NCBI GenBank assembly: GCA_043228905.1
Contig: JBHGNT010000005.1
Span: 4,960,001-5,024,000, forward strand
Length of the DNA stretch: 64,000 nt
Origin: Azolla caroliniana
Taxonomy: Eukaryota > Plantae > Polypodiophyta
Reading direction: 5' to 3'
A program made the position numbers and the translations under genes. The notes below the pieces were generated by a model that saw only the letters and a program-made list of their open reading frames with translations, had not been told where the DNA came from and searched no databases. Shown in pieces: positions 55,101 through 64,000 of this stretch (its first letter is position 1; each line of letters opens with the position of its first letter).

Positions 55101-57679
55101 GTTTGGCCCAACGAGTATAGATTATGCACAACAACAAGAATAATAATCATATACATATCCATACGCATGATTTTTTGGGCAGATTATCATAGTTATGAGC
55201 TTCTCATTGGCATGTCGGATTACCTCTGAATCATACATCTCATCATTTAAGTTAGGGGATTACATTCAAGAAATACCCTTACACTACATGATCCAACATT
55301 GAATGCATCCCCACCACTTAATGGTGCTAATTTCCGGGGAATGTTTAGTCATTAGAACTTCTTGTAGGAATGAAAGGGACATGAGAGATATTTATCATGG
55401 ACTTCAGAGGAAGTTATTCTGTTTGTTTGAAATTTGAAAAATGTATTCATAGTATGTTCTTATAAAGACATGGACACTGTAGCATGACAAACCCAATAGA
55501 ACCTAGGAGTTACTATATTGTTGTCATAGAAGGTAGAGGTAACATATGGGTTAAAAGTTTGAACGTAAATCTACATCAGTCTTGCATTATGTTAATTTCT
55601 CATATAAAAATCATTGAAGAATAACACAACATTTCAACCACACAAGTGTCTCTTCCAACTCAGGATGTAATGATGGTGAATAAATCATGGAGATATAAAA
55701 CTATTTCTCCCATTCTCATTCTGAATGAATGATATATTATAACCTATTATACTTTCTATAGATATATCATATAAGTTGGATTTTATTATTGTCTTGCCTC
55801 CTAGGTAAAAAAATATGACAACGGGGTCAAAGTGAAACAATTTCCTATCATATACGCGGAGTTGATAGGTGGCTTTATATATTGAAGAAGTTTAAGAATG
55901 AACGTTGCAGCTTGAGAGAGAAAGAAAGATTACTCAAATGATAACAATATGTTAATGTCCTTTGAAGGTCACAAACAAGGCACAAATTGCATTTTGTTTT
56001 TTAAGATTCGTTGTATATTGCTTAAATTGATAGTGCACATGCCACGAATGCTTTATGTGATAGTTCTTATATCTGATCTTGTGGTTAATACATAATGTGC
56101 AGATGTGATTTTCTCTAACAAGAAAATTGATTGTTGTGGAAGAGTGCCAACAATTGATATGAGTTTGTGCAAGAGGTTCATTCATTATTAGCTCAGTTTT
56201 GAAAGCAATGTAACATTGAAAAGTGGTCGACAATGTAACATTGAAAAGTGCTTGAGACTTCCAACCTAATCATCATGGTCATTCGTAGGCAAAATATAGG
56301 AAGTTTTATTGATTAGTGCACTCAACCCCAATTTGGGTTTATTAGCTTTATAATTATGTATTAGTGTTCCAAAATCGACATATGTTTTGGTTACAATTAT
56401 TAATGTAAAAGCTATAAAGGTGTGTGAATTTTAATTGGTACATGCGAGATAATGAGACAATTCTCAAGGAGGGGAGATCCAAGACTCCAAAGGAAAACTT
56501 TGGAGTTGTAAAGTATCCATCTCGGTCAATGCGAGTCTTTTTCATTCATACATGTACTAGGTAGATGATTTTCATATGGGACATATTTGTATGACTTCAT
56601 TCTTTGGCTTAATTTATTACACCATCATATATTTTTGTGTACATCGATTTTGAGGCACCTAGTTAGTTATGGACAAGGATAAATAAAGAAGCTTAAAGGG
56701 GCCAATGCCCAATGATACATGATAAGGTAAAGGTAATTTTTGGAATAGATGTGTATGGAGTGGTTGCACTCTCTAGTGTAAGGGCATGACTGCCCTTGTG
56801 ATATCACACTCCATAACAACTATAACTTCTCATACACCACGAAAAAAGAAATGTTTAAGATGCGACAAACGAGAAGAAGGTACCATGATAATGCAAGTCT
56901 TTCAAGGCCGAGTACAAGTTCCTAGAAAGCCAAAACAAAGAAGAGTTGTTCGAGGAGGGCATTGGCCCCGGGGGAATTGCATGAAACTATGGGTTAAAGT
57001 TCATTCGGTATCACAACTTCATGTTTAGAACGTTGGTAATATTTCACATATGTTGGTAATTATTATATAAATACCTTATATATGACATTATAAGCATACA
57101 ACATCTGATTTATATTACTTGATTTGCTCTAAATGTATCAGGAATCTCAACTCCGAGAAATTGATGTTCTTCTCCTCTTGAGTTTCACATTGATAGTTGT
57201 TTGCTTTCTTTAACGAATGTCTCTACGAATCAATTGTTCGGTCACTGCACGTTGAAATGTGTATGGAAATTCTTCAACTCACACTTGTGTTTCAAACATC
57301 TTGGGCACATGCAGAAAAACTATGTAAGTGCTCTAGAAAAACCTACCTATTGTTATATAGTCGATGTTGTCGTTAATGCCACTCCAATTCTAACCTAGGA
57401 ATGAATCCACATTATAATAAGTTACAAATAATGCATATGAAACTAACTTACATGGGTCAATAAATACTATCAAATTCAATCAACAATTTGACTTATTTGC
57501 ACATAGATATTCAATTAGACTTATAACTTTAGTTTCAGCCTCTAATTTGCTTGTTAAACTGATTCAATTGATGTGCTATTTACTATTTTTGACTCATCAT
57601 TAAATGTAGATTAGTCACAACCATCATATAAAGTGGTGATTAAGGATATGCTCTTAATGTGCAGTTCTGATTAATTAAG

Positions 57680-60600
57680 ATGGAGCACGGGCGGCTGGTG
57701 GATAGTACAGGGGATCATCACGCGGGGTCGGGATCGAAGGTACCGCCAGGTTTCCGATTTCATCCTACCGATGAGGAGCTCGTGAATTGCTATTTGCGGA
57801 GGAAAGTGATGGCGAGCGAATCGGGAAACCTGCAGCAGTTCGACCTCGACCATGTCATTCGAGACCTCGACCTCAACAAGCTTGAGCCATGGGATCTCGG
57901 AGGTACACAAATATTCCCATAGATCCGTTTTTGCTTGAGATATAATGCACTACATACAGCGTCATTTTTCACTTGGATAATTTCCTTTTTCTATTGAATC
58001 GTGGGGGGCCGGTATGGTATTATCCCCCCCCTAGATTTCCCTTCCCTATACATATTTGAGGTATATTCCAATAGATTCTGCTTTTTAGACCAGTCTGACG
58101 ATAGTTGAGGTATATTCCGATAGATTCTGCTTTTTAGACCAGTCTGAGTCCTGACCATAGTTCAGGTATATTCCGTTAGATTCTGCTTTTTAGACCAGAC
58201 CATTAAGGTTTCCCTTTTTATTTTAAATTAAATGCAGTGCTATATGTACATATTCCTTCCTTTTCCTTCTTTTTCATCCAAAATAATATTTTCGGATATA
58301 CATATTTGTTTTTTTTTAAAAGATATACATATTCCTCTAAATGCATCTTTCCCACAGGTATATTCTCTTAGCTGATTCCTCTGTTTTTAATTCCCATGCT
58401 TGATTCTTCATTGCAAATATTGGAGGTTCATTCATAAGTTTGTTCGATGATACTTGCTACTAGGAGTGTATCCATAATGACTAGATTCCATGGGTACATC
58501 TACACCACTAATTAAAACTGGTCCTGATATACCATTCAATTTGTGATCAGTTTGGGATGTATAAAGCATTGCACGCAAATCTTTTCGGCATAATGACCCA
58601 ACCCATCCACTAGTAGCTAATATCGTTGCATTTTGAATCGTCACGAAGGACTTACCATTGACATGGCCACTACTATCACGTGATCTCTGTGGTGTCATAT
58701 TTACAATGCACATGAGCCCATCACTCGTTATCACATCATGCGAGGAACAAGGGATCTAACGAATCTAGAATCCCCCTTCATCATGCGTGTTGTGAGCAAC
58801 ATTACAACTCCTAATATTCATCGAAACTGTAGATAATGGACTTATGTTGATGGCATTGGAAAATCCAGACTCACTCCGCGACATTACATTATAAGTTGTA
58901 GTACATTGATAACAAACACGACACATGAGTGTGCATATGGAGCTAGCTTTCTAAGATCTACCATTATACATATATAGCCGTTACCATCAACCCATGTGTT
59001 TTTCTCGTCCTTTTGGTTGCCCAAGTTTGCAACCAGCTACATGGCGCGACAAAATGTCCACACCGATCCTACACCCAATCATTAATTGTTCCTAGTTCAT
59101 ATGGCCACATACTAACCATACCTAAACCACTTACACCTTCCACCTTGTTCAATGTCACAATGGGTGGTAGCAAGCACATGTTGATTAAGTGCTAATTTCT
59201 TGGTATTATGGACATCAACAAATCTGAAAGTTGAATGTGCCTGTATGTAATGATGTTAATTCTCTTGTTTTGTGTATGTATGAGTTTGGGTTGTGAAATT
59301 ATTAAGTTCCTCATGGCATCGATATCGTTTTGGGATGACCTCCCCCACGAGTCTAGAGAAATGCAAGATCGATGCATCACGCCAAACAGAGTGGTATTTC
59401 TTTTGCCACAAAGACAAGAAGTATCCGACGGGGACAAGAACCAACCGAGCCACAAAGGCCGGGTTTTGGAAGGCCACGGGTCGAGACAAGGTCGTTCTCG
59501 GCAATTCTAGCTCTTCAACTTCTTCATGTCAAGTACATTCGCCGATCGATAAGAAACACAATGTCAGTGCGAACAACGGAGGAAGTGGTGGTGGTCATCG
59601 GATCGGTATGCGCAAGACATTGGTATTCTACAAAGGGCGTGCCCCTCATGGGCTCAAAACCGATTGGATTATGCATGAGTATCGACTCTACAATCCTAGT
59701 CCAAGTTCTCAAAAAGTTCAACCTCAAACCCCTAATTCGTGCCATCACCATCGTCAGCTCCAACGTTCGAGTTCTTCATATCTCGCAACATCCAACAATG
59801 TATGTATGCTCTCTCTCCCCCCCCTCTTCTATTCATCTTCTTAGATCAATTAAAATTCTTATTAAACATTCCATGATTGATATTAGAAGTCCTCATCATT
59901 TAACTCATCACGTCGCTTAAATATTATCTTCGTTGTGATATAATATGTCGGAAGTTCATATTTACCATGATTATCACATTGCAGGCAATATAGGTGCCTT
60001 TTAGCACAATTCCTGATAATAAGGTTTTATGCTAATTAGTTTGACATAATTAAGTTCCTATTAATGGTCTATATATATATTGAAACATACACATAAATAC
60101 ATATACATAGATAGATAGATAGATAGATAGATAGATTAAGCCCTTAGTAATGGTATGTATATATTTCAGATAACTTTAACTCCATGCTTATATGAAATCT
60201 TGTAATGCTTTCTGGCCAAATTCGATTTTATTAGTGTTGCTTAAGTAAATGTATTCATATTCAGTTTTAGGCGCCTATACTTTAATTATCTACCATGTTT
60301 TCATTTCTATGTTTACTACATTAATGCCAGTAACAATCATTATCAGTTTCTGCAATCCCACTACAGTAGGAAACAATGTGATCAACGTGCTCATTGATCT
60401 TCAAAGTAAATTACAAAGTAGACTGCAAGTTTTTATAAAGAGCACAATTATATCAAACTAGGCATATTATACACACCACCTCAATACTGCAAAGAGTTAC
60501 GAGCCTTATCAATTCACCATGCTCATACTGCGTGCTACTTAAAAAGGAATTAATCAACTTAGGCTGATGCTTTCAACATTGCGGTACAAATTAGCATGTA

Positions 60601-61492
60601 ATTTCTTATACTGCAAATTCATACGGTAATGATGCTTCAAATAATCCTGTTATTTTCATGTACTGCCACTTCTTAGAGCTCTCAAGAGGGCGGATGGGTG
60701 GTGTGTCGTGTTTTCAAGAAGCGGAATTACGAAGACATAATTAGTTCGTGTGGTTCATTCTATGGCCATGGAATGCATGACAATCTACAGTTAGTGAGCT
60801 CGAGCCCCACCTCAGATGGAGAGCAGGCCATGGATTTGGTAATTAAGGAAGAGATTAATGAGGCGAAAGGCGTGATTAGAAAGCGATCTAGAAAAGAAGA
60901 AGGTGCAGGTATAAGCATGATCGTGGCAGTCCATGATGGAACAAATTTGACTGAGAATCCCTCTAGGGCAATGACTTGCAAGCAAGAGATGGTGGAGGAA
61001 GCTAAAATCGTGCCTGATTCGCAGGCAGCGACCTACCTCCAGCTTCCACAATTGGAAAGCCCTAAGACCATATTTAATCCTACTACTAATTATGGCCATG
61101 ATCACCCTGACATAGATGCATTAGGTATGAGATCAAGCGATCATCATCGCAGTATGAAGGGCCTCCATGGAAATCCAATGGAGCTGCACCAAGAATCATC
61201 GTGTGGTAATAATCATAATAATCATAATAAGCCTTTAATCGCGATGACTGAGGCAGCAGATTTCACTGACCATAACTGTAATGGGCCGATTGGGGAGCAA
61301 TATAGTTGGAATGTTTATGAGGCGATTGCACGATATCATGGCAGTGAGGGATCTCCCAGCTTCACAAATCATGATCCAAGCCTCCTCAATTTTAACATGC
61401 ACCATCTAATTAATGGTAGAATGCAGCCTCCCAATCTGGACACCTATCCATCCAATAGCTGTGAAATTGAGTTGTGGAATTTCCCTGGGTGA
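57680..61492 (+). CDS. NAC transcription factor, VNS (VND/NST/SMB) clade, ~493 aa
   Basis: Exons 57680-57902, 59357-59799, 60677-61492. [97 protein letters not shown]-box LQLPQLESP and C-terminal ELWNF. Confidence 0.95.
58058..58202. repeat. ~49-55-bp tandem repeat x3 in NAC intron 1
   Basis: aggtatattcc..tagattctgctttttagaccag occurs three times. Confidence 0.9.
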
Positions 61493-62380
61493 AAAAAGAA
61501 GAAGCAAATGTGCATATTTCTGGTCATTTATTAATGAATCTGAAACCACTCTTTGACTGTTTTTTTTGTTTTTGTTTGTTTTTGGTTTTTATCGACAGCA
61601 AACTGATATTCTATATGTATGTGAATCAAATGTTTCTGTTTACTTATCTTGTAGGGATTAATATTGATCCGATGTAGAAATCGGAGAGACATAATCCTCC
61701 CACTATTTTTCCCAATCTTCATGATTTCTCGCTGAATGTTTAAATTTTTGATCGGCTGCTTCATCCAATTCTGTACTACTCTAGAACGTTATAGTACATA
61801 TCGTATTAATTTTTGAATCATATGAATGCTCTCATGATAAGATGCTATATGTGAAATTTTAATTTGAAATTCATAATGTTTGCTCGAAGGAATGTAAGGT
61901 TTGCTTTAATGACATAATTAATCATTAAATACTAATTAGGTAAAGTAGAAGGTAATTAATTTCTTGCAATAACATATCTGTTCAATTTCCTGGACCATTA
62001 AATCATTAGCATCATGGTCATGTTGTCCTACATGCATGTCACGGCCAAAAGACAAATCTTCTTATGCCTCATTTACACTTGTAGCACTTTGACCATTACA
62101 CACCCACCACATGGCCAACAAACACATGACAACATTAACCACCTGTACCTTGAAGAAGATCCAAAGGGAACTAGATCACATGTCCGGCCGGCCACTTAAT
62201 CACATTGCTTTGGCCATATCCAAATATATGAATCTTAAAGAAGGTGGTGTATGTCATATGATCACTCATATGTGCTTCGGCCCGATTTGGGTTCCTTAGG
62301 GTTTGATCAAGTGCCTTCTTTAATTTGATCATAGCTTGGTATCCGATATAGGATCCTCTAGCTTCCTTTTAAACTTCTCG

Positions 62381-64000
62381 TGTTCCATGCGGTGTTAAGT
62401 ACTTGCGTTACATGGCATGAGGCATGGAGACATCGGCATCAGAATTGGTACTAAAGACGACATGTGAGACCAAGAAACAAAGTTTACTCTAGATCTTTAG
62501 GCCTAATGACCACCCAATGTGAAAGGGAGACAACCTTATAATTATAAATAAGCTATAAACATCACTTTTGTGTCTTAAACCCCCTTAGAATCCAAGCCGG
62601 AACTCTTCTACTCTCTCCTTCTCTCACTCTAATCACGACTCTTCTTGACTGTTATATCTATCGTGTGGGTTTACATTAAATGACGTGTGCACGTTTGATC
62701 TTTTTGTTACTATTTATTAATGTGAGCTTCTTAGTGAGGTTAGAGGTCCACCAAAGATATTGAAGTAGAGACGCAACTCCATTGGTATAAAAATGTGTAC
62801 CTAGTGTGAAGATCTTGAGTTAACACATGTTTTCGGCATCGTTGACGAGGGAGTTCAAGGCTAATGGTTGAGGTTGTTGATAAGCTTTTCGTAAACTCTT
62901 GAATCAACCTATGGAAGAGATTAAGGTATTAAGAAGTGGATACTCCAGCATTATAAGAAGCAGAGGAAGAGGCTAATTTAACGTGATTAGTGTTAGGTTG
63001 GTTACCCTCCTAGAGGTAGGTTGAACTTCATGCTTTGGATGTGGGAGGTCATGGTTGCACCCTAAATGGAGTCTAATTAAAAGTTAATTGTTGTCGTCGT
63101 TCTTTTAATTAGTGTTTATTGTTTATTGTGTCTTTATTTGTTCCACATTTGGAGTAATTAATTCTTAATAATCACCCAATCTAAAACTTATATGATGATT
63201 AGCTCATTAGTTCTTCAATTTATTTCCTAATTTTATTTTTTTTATTTGTTTTTTCCAATTTTTATTTACACTTTCTTTGATTTTCATTAAGTTTTCCCTC
63301 AACCAACTTAAAGGATGAGAAAATGAGGAATTATGATTAGATTCTTCAAATCTTCAAGTCTTTCAAGTACAAGAGAGAGTGGTCAATTCTTTATCGGCTC
63401 CTTGTTTTCCAACACACAATGCACAATCACGACACATGAGTTGAATGTGCAAACACAACGCAGGAAAGGAACATGTCACTGCTCAATACTGGAAGGAGTT
63501 CCCAAAGAGAGCTCCCAAAGCCAACATGCATAACATACGAAAGACACGCACACATAAATATATTATTCATACATATTATACACCTCTTTATAATGCAACA
63601 CATGACATACCTAAAATAACACATGGATCATGGGGATCAATCAAGCACAACTTGACCAAGGGTTCGAGGACCAAAACATAACATGTGGGGGTTCATAATC
63701 AATGATCGTTGTTATTGTGTGTTTCATGCATTTACATTCATTCAAATGTGGTTATTTCCTATGCTTTTGATATCTTTGTTGACAGTTACTAGCATTTATA
63801 TTAATGTGAAAACCCGCTAGTTTATTAGCGAGCTTTTTAGTGAGATTAATGGTACCTCCAAAGTGTGTGGATACCATTAACTAAAGAGAAAGGAAACACT
63901 TTAAGAAGCCTAGTCTTCTTATACATTTATAGTGTAGAAGGACGTGGACGGTGGAATCACCCTGCAACAATCAAAGGTGCTTCATTGAAGACCTCAAGGA
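62381..64000 (+). mobile_element. Probable degenerate Ty3/Athila-like LTR 3' end, tRNA-Asp PBS and leader; 5' boundary uncertain
   Basis: TATAAAT (~62543), CT-rich R/U5-like tract, then ...ttaaca-catgtttt-cggcatcgttgacgaggga (62834-62852), resembling the TGGCGCCGTTGCCGGGGA PBS. Confidence 0.4.

Overview
Eukaryotic land-plant nuclear DNA: AT-rich, with GT-AG introns, microsatellites and a 100-N scaffold gap. A non-seed plant such as a fern is suspected but cannot be shown from sequence alone. The main discovery is a complete 12,164-bp cut-and-paste DNA transposon at 2592-14755. It has 26-bp GGG...CCC terminal inverted repeats and a 4-bp CTCT target-site duplication. It carries two convergent, apparently intact spliced genes: a ~813-aa Sola2-like DDD transposase (minus strand) and a ~922-aa cargo protein (plus strand) with TPxK repeats, an unrecognised globular domain, a coiled coil, a RING-H2 finger and acidic repeats. 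The large introns of both genes and the element ends are loaded with an AGTAC(T/A) motif, which recalls the VANDAL/VANC anti-silencing architecture (inference). The rest of the window holds a SAUR gene, a ~13-kb near-identical duplication across the gap containing a DCD/NRP-like gene and a foldback element, a truncated LINE, tRNA-Asn(GTT), a plastid-type small HSP, a VNS-clade NAC gene and a probable LTR/PBS remnant. All exon models were read by eye and are not confirmed by transcripts.
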